A stretch of 64,000 nucleotides of DNA from a virus. Lineage: Duplodnaviria > Caudoviricetes. Made by a program: the position numbers and the translations under genes. The notes under the pieces are model-generated. The model saw only the letters and a list, made by a program, of their open reading frames with translations, was not told the DNA's origin and searched no databases. Shown piece after piece: positions 54,001-62,123 of the stretch (position 1 is its first letter; each line of letters begins with the position of its first letter). Where the stretch lies: IMG/VR virus record IMGVR_UViG_2518645549_000001, positions 48,104-112,103 of that record. One strand, written 5' to 3'.

Positions 54001-56854
54001 GCAGGTCGTTACCGCGTCGGCTTTTGTTCGGGGAACACCTGGCATACAGGTCCAGTTGTTCATCCAGTTTAAGAACACCTCCGGCAATACCATTGCCACC
54101 ACGGGGCCGGGTGACACCATCCTGACCGATGCTTGGCAGCGGGTGGTGCTGACCTCAGCACCGGCGCCGGCCGGTACCGTGGCAGTTGATGTGCTGTACC
54201 GCGTGCGTTCGGCGCCGGGCAGTACACTGACGGCAGGCTTCGTGGAGTGGGACCGGGCTCAACTGGAAGAAGGGGCACGGGTCAGCGGGTGGCGAGACAA
54301 TGGCCGGGTCAACGCGGCTGAAATCAGTGGCAACGCGTCGGCTACCACCGCCTTGAGCGGCCGGATGTCGGCGGTGGAAGATGGCCTGACCTCGGCATCG
54401 AGCCAGCTGACCCAGCTGGATAACGCCATTGGCGACGCCGGCGGCGAGAACCTGCTGTACAACCCGACGTTTAATCAGGTCAACGCAGCGGATGCGACGT
54501 TTCCTGACGGTTGGATGCGTGAAGGGGCGGCGCAGAACAATTCCAGCATGGTTGAGTCCTGGCTGAACGCTGGGGAGCGCGCATTCAGGTCGGCAGTCAC
54601 TGGCGTGACCAACGTATCGCCCTATCTGTCGCTGATTCCGGCCGTGTCGAAGCGCGTCAAGGTCGGTGGTTCGCAGGCCATCACGTCATCGATCTATGCC
54701 CGGCGTGCTGGAACCTCAGGTCTGCTGTCGATCCGGCTGTACATCCAGTGCCTGAACGCATCAGGTGCCGTTGTCTCGACTGTGTCGTCTGGCCTGCAGG
54801 CCATCAGCGTGGAGGGTGGTCGCGTTACCGTAACGGCCACGACCCCGGCCGATGCGGTTTTGGTCGTGGTGTACTACCGCATTCACGGGGCCACCTCGGC
54901 GGCAGCCAACGGTACGTTTGAGCTGGCCCGGCCACAGGTTGAGTACGGCTCCCGTGCTTCCGGTTGGCGCGACAGTGGCCAGGTGAATGCGGCGAACAAC
55001 GCGGCCACCTCGGCAGCCGTCGAGAATCTGACCTCGGCGGTGAACCAGCAAGGTAGCAGCTTGAGCAGTGTGGCCGGGAGGACCACAAGCCTGGAGAACA
55101 GCCTTACCACTACCAACCAGAACGTGACCACGGCCCAGCAGGCCGCCCAGGCGGCCGCTACAGCGGCGGGCGCCAAAGGTGAGGTTATCTATGGGGCTAC
55201 CGCGCCGGCGGCTGACAAGCGGCTTGCCCAGAACCTGTGGATCGATACCACCGGCAATGCCAACACGCCGAAACGCTGGAACGGCAGCGCCTGGGTAGCG
55301 GTGAGCGACAAGGTGGCCACGGACGCGGCCGCCGCTGCCGCCAGTGCGCTGAATCAGGTGGCCACCAAGGCCGAGGCGTCGGCCGTGAACTCGCTGACCA
55401 ACCGGGTGAACAGCGCCGAAGGTACGCTCAGCAGCAACAGCAGCGATATCACCCAGCTGAAAAACAGCATCGGCACGGCCCAACCCTTCGTGGCGGGCAA
55501 GTCCTGGGAGTTCATCGGCTCTACCCAAGGATGGGCAGGCACCATCGCCGGCTCAACCTTTACCGCTGGCCCGCTGTTCGCCACGGCGGGCAAATGCCCG
55601 AACCTACAGTGCAACTTCACCCCGGCGATTGCCGGCACCGAGAACCCTTACCTGCGCATCCGGCTGCGTCGACGCAACACCACCCGCGCGGGCGCCCAGA
55701 TGTATTGGGCGAACGAGGATGGCGGCTTGGCCGAGGCGCGCCGCATGGCGTGGACCATCAGTCTGACCACTAACGATTGGCAAGACATTGAGTTTGACCT
55801 GTCTGGCCACACGGGTTGGAACGGCAAAAGCATCATCGCCATTCGCCTGGACATGATGAACTCGGTGGATACGTCGGGCGAAATCGACATTGCTTACATA
55901 GCGGTCGGTCGCCGCTCGGCAGCGGCTTCTGCGCAGGCGGTGGCTAGCCTGGAGAGCAACGTTACCCAGCAGGGCGACAAGCTCACCGCCGAGGGCAAGC
56001 GAATCGACGGGTTGTACACCGCCGTAGGCGATGCCAACGCGGCGATTCAGAACGAAGCCACGGCGCGGGCCAATGCTGACGACGCACTTAGCCAGCAGAT
56101 TCAAACCACGCAGTCGTCTTTGGGTACTACCAATGCTTCGGTGCAGCAGATCAGTACGGCGCAGACCGGATTGAATAATCGGGTCAACGCTCAGTACTCG
56201 GTCAAGGTGGCAGTTACGCAAAACGGAGTGTATGCCCTCGGCGGGATTGGGGTCGGCATCCAGAACCAGAGTGGTGTGCTGCAGTCGGTAGTGGCCGTAC
56301 TGGCGGACCAGTTCGCGGTAATCAACGCCGCCGGAAATGGTTACGTCAGTCCGTTCGCGATTCAGGGCGGCCAGGTGTTCATGAGCGATGCGTTCATTCG
56401 TGACGCAAGCATCACGAATGCCAAAATCGCCAATGCCGCGATCACGTCTGCAAAGATCGGGGTTGCAGAGATCGACACCCTGCGCATCCGTGGCAATGCG
56501 GTCACGGTTCCGGTCTCTGCCTCCAGCGCAGGGGTCGTGTACGGTGCCGGTGAAGGGCAATGGCGAGACTTGATTGCCATTGGTGTGCAGATGGATGAGG
56601 CGGGTTACATCACGGCGCAGTACAGCTGCTATCAAGGATTTGGCGGCGGTACCCGTAAGTACCAGTTCCGGATGGAATTAAATGGCCTGGTAATCGCTGA
56701 GGGTGGCGGGGATTGGGCTGATGGCTTCCCCAACCTAATGGGCTCAATCGGTGTAGGACCGGGTTACTTCGTCATCACCGTGAAGTGGTGGGGGGAAAAC
56801 TCGGGTGTGAGCGTTAAAAAACATACCCTCTATGCAATGGGAACCAAACGATGA
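48035..56854 (+). CDS. Central tail fibre/host-specificity protein J-like, about 2939 aa, with repeated modules
   Basis: GAKGG..EAPDSLQS start, J core, Fn3-like region, internal repeats, DUF1983-like C-terminus; GGAGG RBS. Confidence 0.93.
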   Translation: MGPADHVDITGAKGGSSKPKTPVEAPDSLQSTNIGKILIAVGEGEFDGEPTDRDIYLDNTPIMDANGSVNFPGVRWEWRPGSVEQDYIQGIPAIENETTVNVELRNDNPFARALSNTQLSAVRVRMVWPRLAQQDSSGNTNGYRIEYAIDIATDGGAYVEAHLGAVDGKTTNGYQRSVRVNLPKATSGWMLRVRRITPNANSGTVADTMTIAGYTEIIDQKLRYPNTALLYIEFDAQQFQNIPAVTVKCKAKRWPVPTNYDPVARTYTGVWDGTFKQAWTNNPAFVTYGLCVEDRFGLGKRIKPWMVDKWEMYRIAQYCDQLVPNGQGGQEPRFLCDMNLQGRAEAWTLLRDLSAIYRGMVYWAHGSLFMQADMPRAQDIDYVFTRANVIDGEFVYGGAERNTHYSRALVSYDNPANNYDTDVIPVTDNALQRRYRDRPVEISAIGCTRASEAQRRGKWALLSNSQDRTVTFKTGMEGRIPLPGYVIPVADELVAGRPNGGRISAAAGRVVTLDRDTPIKAGDRLILNLPNGTAQARTVQSVAGRAVTVTTAYGVQPEPELQWAIDYHDLAVQLFRVLKTTRTQEGEYEITALEFNPSKFAAIDTGAKLDERPISVIPVTTVQPPASVTLSSAHMIDQGIAVSTMTIAWPAVEGAVAYDVEWRKDNGNWVRLQRTGATSVDVVGIYAGAYLARVRAVSSFEITSIWKSSTLTQLNGKEGLPPAVTFLDTESLLFGIGIKWGFPAGSSDTQRTELWYSEGTDLDQATKLADLAYPQNEYVMQGLRAGQQFYFWARLVDRSGNLGPFFPVAPTVVAGMASADAGAILEQIKDQITESELGKELTSRIDLVDKNGPGSVNERVGEVRSELNEQVAGVNNAIEMVKSSVVAARDELQQQLAAVDQEVDAARSELQQQINTVSALAGSLPYNKDKTYTLNQGVLGADGKLYQALKAVPKNNPPPNATYWTDVGQAIVTAAGTAARVGKVETDVSTLNGTSTAQASQIEGLLSGLTTTNGNVTTAQQAAQAAATAAGAKGEVIYGSTAPAADKRLAQNLWIDTTGNANTPKRWNGSAWVTVTDKVASDAAAAAANALTAAQSKADASVVQSLSTKVSDAEGKLTTQGQSITGLQGSLTTTNQNVTAAQQAAQAAATAAGAKGEVIYGATAPAADKRLAQNLWIDTTGNANTPKRWNNSAWVAVSDKVATDAAAAAAAANALAATKADASAVNLLTNRVSSAEGVLTSYSSDIIQLKNSLSAAQSFVAGKAWEFTGSTRGWFGTISGSTFVAGPLFATSGNCPNLQCNFTPTFPGAENPFLRIRLRRRNTARAGAQMYWANEDGGLAEARRMPWTINTTTTDWQDIEIDLSGHAGWSGKNIYAIRLDMMSSSDTTGEIDIAYIAVGRRSIAASAEAVSSLSSAVSDADGKLTTQGQSIIGLQNGLTTTNQGVSAAQQAAQAAATAAGAKGEVIYGSTAPAADKRLAQNLWIDTTGNANTPKRWNGSAWVAVTDKVATDAAAAAQSALTEVAKKADASTVQSLSNTVVQHGQDITAQGQAMTAIGAAIAEVGGENLLYNPTFNRASAADANVPDGWVLEGSAPRNPSMVPSWLNAGERAFRVAVTGVTNASPYFSLVTQSIQRPRVASGQSVTTSVNVRRMAEAGLLALRIIYQWINEAGAVISAPANGFMPITVEGSRHSFTSVAPEEAVRFNVYFRVHSQTAASVNGTLELARPQAEYGSRATGWRDNGQVTAGEVAANVAATNLLSGRVSQTEQGLVSQGQSIVSLEGGLTTTKQNVTAAQQAAQAAATAAGAKGEVIYGSTAPAADKRLAQNLWIDTTGNANTPKRWNGSAWLAVSDKVATDAAAAAANALSVAQTKADAQTVSALTNEVSRQGADISANGSAIVDINTSIAQIGGENLLYNPSFDKGAASLAERWRVGNGGGATYTATLILSTLDPQGKAQRFDVSGLVAGSGSVYLDLAPGIGDRPATAPGQVVTASAFVRGTPGIQVQLFIQFKNTSGNTIATTGPGDTILTDAWQRVVLTSAPAPAGTVAVDVLYRVRSAPGSTLTAGFVEWDRAQLEEGARVSGWRDNGRVNAAEISGNASATTALSGRMSAVEDGLTSASSQLTQLDNAIGDAGGENLLYNPTFNQVNAADATFPDGWMREGAAQNNSSMVESWLNAGERAFRSAVTGVTNVSPYLSLIPAVSKRVKVGGSQAITSSIYARRAGTSGLLSIRLYIQCLNASGAVVSTVSSGLQAISVEGGRVTVTATTPADAVLVVVYYRIHGATSAAANGTFELARPQVEYGSRASGWRDSGQVNAANNAATSAAVENLTSAVNQQGSSLSSVAGRTTSLENSLTTTNQNVTTAQQAAQAAATAAGAKGEVIYGATAPAADKRLAQNLWIDTTGNANTPKRWNGSAWVAVSDKVATDAAAAAASALNQVATKAEASAVNSLTNRVNSAEGTLSSNSSDITQLKNSIGTAQPFVAGKSWEFIGSTQGWAGTIAGSTFTAGPLFATAGKCPNLQCNFTPAIAGTENPYLRIRLRRRNTTRAGAQMYWANEDGGLAEARRMAWTISLTTNDWQDIEFDLSGHTGWNGKSIIAIRLDMMNSVDTSGEIDIAYIAVGRRSAAASAQAVASLESNVTQQGDKLTAEGKRIDGLYTAVGDANAAIQNEATARANADDALSQQIQTTQSSLGTTNASVQQISTAQTGLNNRVNAQYSVKVAVTQNGVYALGGIGVGIQNQSGVLQSVVAVLADQFAVINAAGNGYVSPFAIQGGQVFMSDAFIRDASITNAKIANAAITSAKIGVAEIDTLRIRGNAVTVPVSASSAGVVYGAGEGQWRDLIAIGVQMDEAGYITAQYSCYQGFGGGTRKYQFRMELNGLVIAEGGGDWADGFPNLMGSIGVGPGYFVITVKWWGENSGVSVKKHTLYAMGTKR
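51050..55920 (+). repeat. Internal repeats in J: module A x5, B x2, C x3
   Basis: A (GAKGEVIYG..NLWIDTTGNANTPKRW) near 51125, 51490, 52410, 53455, 55170; B (FVAGK.WEF..) near 51810, 55487; C (GGENLLYNP..) near 52724, 53765, 54440. Confidence 0.92.
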
Positions 56855-57231
56855 GCAGCATTGAGCACTATGCAGCCTATGAGACAGACGGACGAATCGT
56901 GTTTGCCGTCAGTTGCCCGCCCGAACACGGGAAGAAAATCATCAGGCTCAACACCGACCGGCCCTACATCCAAGTGCCCACCCCGGCAAGGACTGCTGAC
57001 CACCTGGTGATGGGGCAAATGCTCAAGGAGCGCCCTCAGATGGGCGCGGTTCTCCAAGGGCGCTGGTTGAAGGGGGTCCACGAAGGTGCCGCCGTCAACA
57101 TCGAGAGCGAAACCTACACCGCTGACGGCAGTGATATCGAGCTGGGGTTCTCGGCGCCGGGCACCTACACCGTCACGATCAGCCTTTGGCCCTACCGCGA
57201 TCAGGAGTTCACCGTTGAAAATTCAGCATAA
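56851..57231 (+). CDS. Tail-tip associated protein
   Basis: Coupled to J; GTYTVTISLWPY Ig-like end. Confidence 0.75.
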   Translation: MSSIEHYAAYETDGRIVFAVSCPPEHGKKIIRLNTDRPYIQVPTPARTADHLVMGQMLKERPQMGAVLQGRWLKGVHEGAAVNIESETYTADGSDIELGFSAPGTYTVTISLWPYRDQEFTVENSA

Positions 57232-57385
57232 GTGCGACCACTCCAAGCGCCGTGCGGCCGAGTATCCGCCGGTGGAGGAACAACTGGACATGCTGTGGCA
57301 TGCCATGAATGAAGGGCATATGCCCAAGGCTGAGCCGTTCTTCTCGACCCTGCAGCAGATCAAGCAGCAATACCCCAAGGCTTGA
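57215..57385 (+). CDS. Small tail fibre assembly-like protein
   Basis: AGGAG RBS, TTG start; RAAEYPPVEEQLDMLWH..IKQQYPK. Confidence 0.7.
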   Translation: MKIQHKCDHSKRRAAEYPPVEEQLDMLWHAMNEGHMPKAEPFFSTLQQIKQQYPKA

Positions 57386-57445
57386 ACCCAAGCCACTACC
57401 CAATGCCCGCCATCGAGCGGGTTTCTTTTTGTCTGGAGAAAACCC

Positions 57446-57667
57446 ATGCCATTTGTTGCCATCAATCTGAGCAATGACTACGACGTTGCCAACAAGACCC
57501 GCTATGCCACTCAGGAGGAAGCTGACGCCCGCACCCGAGAGATCCTGAACCAGTTCCCGACTGCCCAGGTCAGCGTGGCTCAGGTGCTGAAGGACTACAG
57601 CGCCAAGGTATCGATCACTGCGAGGGAGCCAGCAGCAGCGCCGGAGCCGGAAGCCCCGGCAGCTTAA
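57446..57667 (+). CDS. Hypothetical phage protein
   Basis: GGAGA RBS; decayed copy near 58300-58452. Confidence 0.75.
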   Translation: MPFVAINLSNDYDVANKTRYATQEEADARTREILNQFPTAQVSVAQVLKDYSAKVSITAREPAAAPEPEAPAA

Positions 57668-57759
57668 CCGACCTAGTCCAGCGCCAGACCGCCCCGCGCG
57701 GTTTTTTTCGCCTGTCGAGCTCCTTTCTAAAGAGCCTCATGCGTAAGTGGCGGTGTCTC

Positions 57760-57969
57760 TCATTTCCTGCCGATTTGAAACTTCAGTTTCTCGGTTGGCC
57801 ACCAGTTGAAAGACGGAGGTGGCTCATAACAGCCGGGCTGGTTAGCAGGCGAGGCATCACACCGAACGGTGTATCCCTTTGAGCCTACCTCCTTGATATC
57901 GCCGCTCGAGCCATAGTGAGAGCAGGCCGCCAGCGCGGAAAACATGAGTAATGCCGAAACACGCTTCAT
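57760..57969 (-). CDS. Small lipoprotein moron
   Basis: Lipobox LAAC plus two Cys. Confidence 0.7.
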   Translation of the reverse strand: MKRVSALLMFSALAACSHYGSSGDIKEVGSKGYTVRCDASPANQPGCYEPPPSFNWWPTEKLKFQIGRK

Positions 57970-58078
57970 AAGAAATCCCTTCTATAGACCGCAGCATCGT
58001 ATCGCTTAGCGGTGGCGGAGGGTATAGCCCCGCTCATCACAGCCTGCTTTATGCAGGTTTTTTTCGCCTGGAGAAGCT

Positions 58079-58452
58079 ATGGCCAGATCCACCGAATCCT
58101 AGGCCGGAGGTGGGAATGTGCTCCGGTTCCTTGACCTGATCGCCTTTTCAGAGGGCACCTCGACCGTCAAGGGCGGCGATGATGGCTACAGCGTGCTGTA
58201 CGGCGGTGGCCTGTTCCAAGGCTATGCCGATCAGCCACGTTGCAGGGTGACTTTCCTCATCGGCAAGCCGGTCACCAGCACCGCTGCCGGCCGATACCGG
58301 TTGCTCGAGAGTTACGCTCGCGGCTATGCGATCCTGAACCAGTTTTCGCCGCTCAGGTATTCACCACGCAGGCGCTGAAGGATTGCAGCGCCAGGGTCTC
58401 GATTACGTCTAAAGATCCGACTGAGCCGGTGCCTGAGGCATCTGCGGGCTGA
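58079..58452 (+). pseudogene. Decayed endolysin 5' half fused to a decayed copy of the 57446 gene
   Basis: MARSTES*AGG..LDLIAFSEGT..STAAGRY (TAG at 58100), then ILNQF / QALKDCSARVSIT. Confidence 0.85.
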
Positions 58453-58762
58453 AGCTTGGTATTACCATATTGCCGTGCTTGTATTGCTGATAACTGGTGT
58501 AGGGCAGCACAACGGTATCAGCAATGCCAGACGCTGCCATGTCGATCAGGATTGCGTATGGATCTGAATGTACTCCCGTTCTTTCCGGCCCAGTTAAGTT
58601 GCAGAACTGATACGCAACGCCGCTATACATCCGAGGGATCTCTGGGCAGTAGGAATCCCATTTCGCTAGGTCGTCCACGGCCTTTTCTTCATTAGACACA
58701 GTGCGCATCGTCCCGCACCCGCTCAGTGCTACCGCCAGCGCACATCCTATCCACAACCTCAT
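58409..58762 (-). CDS. YceK/YidQ-family lipoprotein
   Basis: LSGCGT, PRMYSGV, D..AS.IADTVVLPY. Confidence 0.85.
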   Translation of the reverse strand: MRLWIGCALAVALSGCGTMRTVSNEEKAVDDLAKWDSYCPEIPRMYSGVAYQFCNLTGPERTGVHSDPYAILIDMAASGIADTVVLPYTSYQQYKHGNMVIPSFSPQMPQAPAQSDL

Positions 58763-58915
58763 ATCAGCCTCCTGTCTCGCTGACCTCGAAGCCCATCACT
58801 GTGAAGGCTAGAGCAGCCATCAACGTGCATCGGTTAATACAGATTGGACGACTAAGTATCACAGAAGACACATCCATGCCCGCCTCGTGCGGGCTTCTTT
58901 TTGCCTGGAGACAAC

Positions 58916-59404
58916 ATGGCCAGACTCACCGAATCCCAGGCCGGAGGTGCGAACGTCCTCCGGTTTTTGGACCTGATCGCCTTCGCCGAGGGCACCCAAG
59001 CCGTGAAAGGTAGCGACGACGGTTACAACGTTCTGTTCGGCAAAGGCCTGTTTCAGGGGTATGTCGATCACCCTCGCCAGAAGATCACCCGGCTCTCCAA
59101 TGGCAAGCCGATCACCAGTAGCGCGGCAGGCCGCTACCAGTTTCTTGCCGGTACGTGGGACGAACTGGTGAAGCGCTACGGATTCAAGGGGCGCTTCACG
59201 CCAGAGGCGCAGGACTTGGCAGCCATCAAGCGATTGGGCGAGCGTGGTGCGCTGCAGTTGATCAAGGATGGAAAGATCCGCGAGGCAATAGCCAAGTGCG
59301 CCAACGAATGGGCCAGTTTCCCGGGCAACAACTATGACCAGAATCCCAAAGCCTTGGGCGCGCTGCTGGCTCAGTGGCAGAAGCTCGGAGGGGGGCTCGC
59401 ATGA
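58916..59404 (+). CDS. Lambda R-type endolysin
   Basis: LDLIAFAEGT, SSAAGRYQFL and WASFPG. Confidence 0.93.
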   Translation: MARLTESQAGGANVLRFLDLIAFAEGTQAVKGSDDGYNVLFGKGLFQGYVDHPRQKITRLSNGKPITSSAAGRYQFLAGTWDELVKRYGFKGRFTPEAQDLAAIKRLGERGALQLIKDGKIREAIAKCANEWASFPGNNYDQNPKALGALLAQWQKLGGGLA

Positions 59405-59937
59405 ACTGGCTCGGCGCGGTACCGACCTGGTGCTGGTGTCTGATCGCCCTGATGCTGGTTGCCGGTGGCCAGCAGTACCGGTTGGTGGTTGCTGAAGGGG
59501 CTGCGTCTGGTGCACGTGCGGAAACCGCCAAGACCGAAAAGACCCTGGCCGATTACCGCCTGGAGGTTTCCGAGCGCGACCGCCGCGCCGCAGCCCAGGC
59601 CAGGCAGGAAGAACAACGACGCGCCGAGGCGCAGGAGGAGGCGAGAGCCCATGCCCAAGAAGAACGGACGATTGCTGATGCTGGCGCTGTTGGTGCCGAT
59701 GCTGCTGGCCAGCGGCTGCGCAGTGACGCCGCCAAGCTCGCCTCCACCGTCAGTTGCCCCGGCCCGGATACCGCCGCTATCGACCGACGCGAGGCAGCCA
59801 CCCGCGCCGCCATGGTGCTCTCCGAGCTGCTCTCACGGGCTGATGAACGAGCGGGAGAGTTGGCGCAGGCTTATGACCGGGCACGAATAGCCGGTCATCA
59901 GTGCGAAGCGTCCTATGACGCACTCGGGCGAAAATAG
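59401..59937 (+). CDS. Rz: Rz-like inner-membrane spanin
   Basis: TM plus coiled coil; paralog of 1668-2186. Confidence 0.85.
   Translation: MNWLGAVPTWCWCLIALMLVAGGQQYRLVVAEGAASGARAETAKTEKTLADYRLEVSERDRRAAAQARQEEQRRAEAQEEARAHAQEERTIADAGAVGADAAGQRLRSDAAKLASTVSCPGPDTAAIDRREAATRAAMVLSELLSRADERAGELAQAYDRARIAGHQCEASYDALGRK
59651..59890 (+). CDS. Rz1: Embedded Rz1-like outer-membrane spanin
   Basis: GGAGG RBS; lipobox LASGC; Pro-rich; WCSPSC. Confidence 0.8.
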   Translation: MPKKNGRLLMLALLVPMLLASGCAVTPPSSPPPSVAPARIPPLSTDARQPPAPPWCSPSCSHGLMNERESWRRLMTGHE

Positions 59938-60032
59938 TCATCTCAGACTTCATCCTCTCAAGATATTGAGAAATGCCACGTACCCAGCGATAATGGCAAA
60001 TTAATCTCACAAATTTGCAATGGACTGTACGC

Positions 60033-61088
60033 GTGGAAAAATTCTACGGAATACAATACTTGAGAGGCATCGCAGCTGGGCTAGTTATCATCTACCATTC
60101 CATGGTGATGATTGCTGTAGCACCATACTTCGATAACCCGGTGGGTGATTTTGGCGTAGATATATTCTTTGTCATATCCGGTTTCGTAATGTGGGTAACC
60201 ACAGAAGGTAAGAATAAAGGTATAAGAGAGTTTTGGGTTTCGCGGATATTGAGAGTGGCGCCTTTATACTGGTTGTTCACCTTTGTGCTTGTCGCTGCTG
60301 CGCTATTAATGCCAAGCTTGTTTTTCAACTCTCGCGGAGTCGATCCAGTATTCCTGCTTAAGTCACTATTTTTCATTCCCGCCCAAAACCCCGATGTTGG
60401 TGATATCACACCTGTATACACCATTGGGTGGACCCTAACATATGAGATGTTCTTTTACGCGATATTCGGTCTCTCCTTAGCATTGCAAAACCTAAGAATG
60501 AAGCTTTTGTTCATAGCTGCAGTTATAGTTACGCTTGCTATCGTTGGCTCTGCTTTGGCTCCAGAAGGTCCATTGGGCAAAACCTACACAAGCCCGATCA
60601 TCATTGAATTTCTGCTTGGCGTCTTGCTAGGGGTCACCAGGCAGCGCTGGGTAAGTATCGGGTTGTTGCCGACAATCCTATTGGTTGGCACTAGTAGTGT
60701 GGCGTTAGTATTAGCTGATTTCACCATATTCACTCGGTCTTTAGTATATGGCGTCCCGGCGTTTTTCTTGGTTGCAGGATTTGTTTCGGTTGAGAAGTAC
60801 ATTCGGTCAAATATTAATAAACTCGCTCTGTTGTTTGGGGAGGCATCTTATTCACTGTATTTGTCGCATCCGATTTCTCAACGAATCTGGTATGTGCTAT
60901 TTGTAACGACTTTTGGGCAGATAACCAGCCTTGCGATGGCAGTCTGGTATGCGGTAGGCGCCGTGACTGCTGGCTTGCTAGGCGGAATTGTATGCTACCT
61001 TCTTGTAGAAAGATATCTGCTGAAGCTGGCAAAAATTATTTCACGCTCATCCCTTAATGCCGGTCCTGTTATTGAAGTGCAGCGCTAG
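60033..61088 (+). CDS. Acyltransferase-3 (OafA/Oac-like) membrane O-acyltransferase moron
   Basis: IQYLRGIAA..V..YH, GVDIFFVISGF, RILRVAPLYW, WTL.YEM.FY, G..SYSLYLSH; low GC. Confidence 0.93.
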   Translation: MEKFYGIQYLRGIAAGLVIIYHSMVMIAVAPYFDNPVGDFGVDIFFVISGFVMWVTTEGKNKGIREFWVSRILRVAPLYWLFTFVLVAAALLMPSLFFNSRGVDPVFLLKSLFFIPAQNPDVGDITPVYTIGWTLTYEMFFYAIFGLSLALQNLRMKLLFIAAVIVTLAIVGSALAPEGPLGKTYTSPIIIEFLLGVLLGVTRQRWVSIGLLPTILLVGTSSVALVLADFTIFTRSLVYGVPAFFLVAGFVSVEKYIRSNINKLALLFGEASYSLYLSHPISQRIWYVLFVTTFGQITSLAMAVWYAVGAVTAGLLGGIVCYLLVERYLLKLAKIISRSSLNAGPVIEVQR

Positions 61089-61229
61089 AGTGATCACGCC
61101 ATTAGGCTGCTTGCTAGTTTATTCTTTGAAGCAGCCTAATCTTAGCTCTGGAGGTTTCACTCTTGAATGGGGCTTCAACGTTGGTTGCTCACCAAACCTT
61201 TCAATATCATTCCTGCTTGGAGCTTAGGA

Positions 61230-61454
61230 ATGGATGAGCGGACTTTCATCGGGATGGTCGAGGCAGGCGAGCCGCTGATTCAGCAGGCGATCGACGCCAT
61301 GCGCCGTTACCACGTGGCTCAGGACTATGGCGCGCCGACGGAGGAGATCGAGCGGTTGCGCCTACTGGCCGAGTCGCTATTCCAGGTTGTGTCCGACTAC
61401 CAGCTCCGCGTCATCGCCAAGGCCCGAGGCAAGGATTTGCCACCTCTTCACTGA
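61230..61454 (+). CDS. Hypothetical protein
   Basis: MDERTFIGMVEAGEPLIQQA..; AGGA RBS. Confidence 0.7.
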   Translation: MDERTFIGMVEAGEPLIQQAIDAMRRYHVAQDYGAPTEEIERLRLLAESLFQVVSDYQLRVIAKARGKDLPPLH

Positions 61455-61499
61455 TCCGCTGATCGGCAATTGCCCGCGACGGATCCCGCCTATACGATA

Positions 61500-61515
61500 C
61501 TGTTTATCCATACAG
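61500..61515 (+). promoter_or_regulatory. LexA (SOS) box
   Basis: TA-CTGT-TTATCCAT-ACAG-TA, overlapping a TACGAT -10-like hexamer, 12 bp before the ATG. Confidence 0.8.
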
Positions 61516-61527
61516 TATTGGTGCCCT

Positions 61528-61821
61528 ATGTACTTCCTCCTCGTTCGCCGCCGTGTGAATGGCGTGGCCATCCCTACGAACCAGCTCGGCAAGATCACAC
61601 CCATCCGGGCCGACATCCACATCGGCGATCACCACAGCGAGCCGCTGGGCCGGGTATCGACACAGGCCTGGGTGTTCAACCCTTCGCCTGGTCCGGACAT
61701 CATCCCGCGGCTGCACGACGCCAAGGTCAACGGCATGGCCCAGCTCGGGATCAACATCAACGGGGTGGAGGAGGTCGACGGCGTGCTCTACGCGCAGTCC
61801 TGGTGGTGCAGGGCAGAATGA
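61528..61821 (+). CDS. Hypothetical protein, predicted SOS-regulated
   Basis: [25 protein letters not shown]. Confidence 0.75.
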   Translation: MYFLLVRRRVNGVAIPTNQLGKITPIRADIHIGDHHSEPLGRVSTQAWVFNPSPGPDIIPRLHDAKVNGMAQLGININGVEEVDGVLYAQSWWCRAE

Positions 61822-62123
61822 TGGAGGGGATACCGAAAGCTTGGTTGGATGAGCTGAACGACCAGTTCTCTCTGGTAACCGATCCAGATGGGCGCGCCGC
61901 TGTGCTGGATGAAATGGCCTATGCCGCTCACCGCCGGCGTGAAGTGAGTTCGGAGAACCTGGTCGATATGCTGGAGCTGTCCGAGGCCGCTCGTTACTGG
62001 GCGCTGATGGAGTTCGAAGAGGCCTATCACATCGGCCTGTTCAAATACGAATCGTGGGAGGGGATAGGGAGTGATGAGCCGGGCCGGATCATCGTTGGTA
62101 GAGCGCCAGGGTGGGGGTGCTGA
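61818..62123 (+). CDS. Hypothetical acidic protein
   Basis: Coupled to the upstream gene. Confidence 0.7.
   Translation: MMEGIPKAWLDELNDQFSLVTDPDGRAAVLDEMAYAAHRRREVSSENLVDMLELSEAARYWALMEFEEAYHIGLFKYESWEGIGSDEPGRIIVGRAPGWGC

Noticed and set aside
51050-56854. Diversity-generating retroelement or shufflon at the tail fibre
   Set aside because: No reverse transcriptase or invertase; repeats are direct and in frame, and differences are mostly synonymous rather than adenine-specific.
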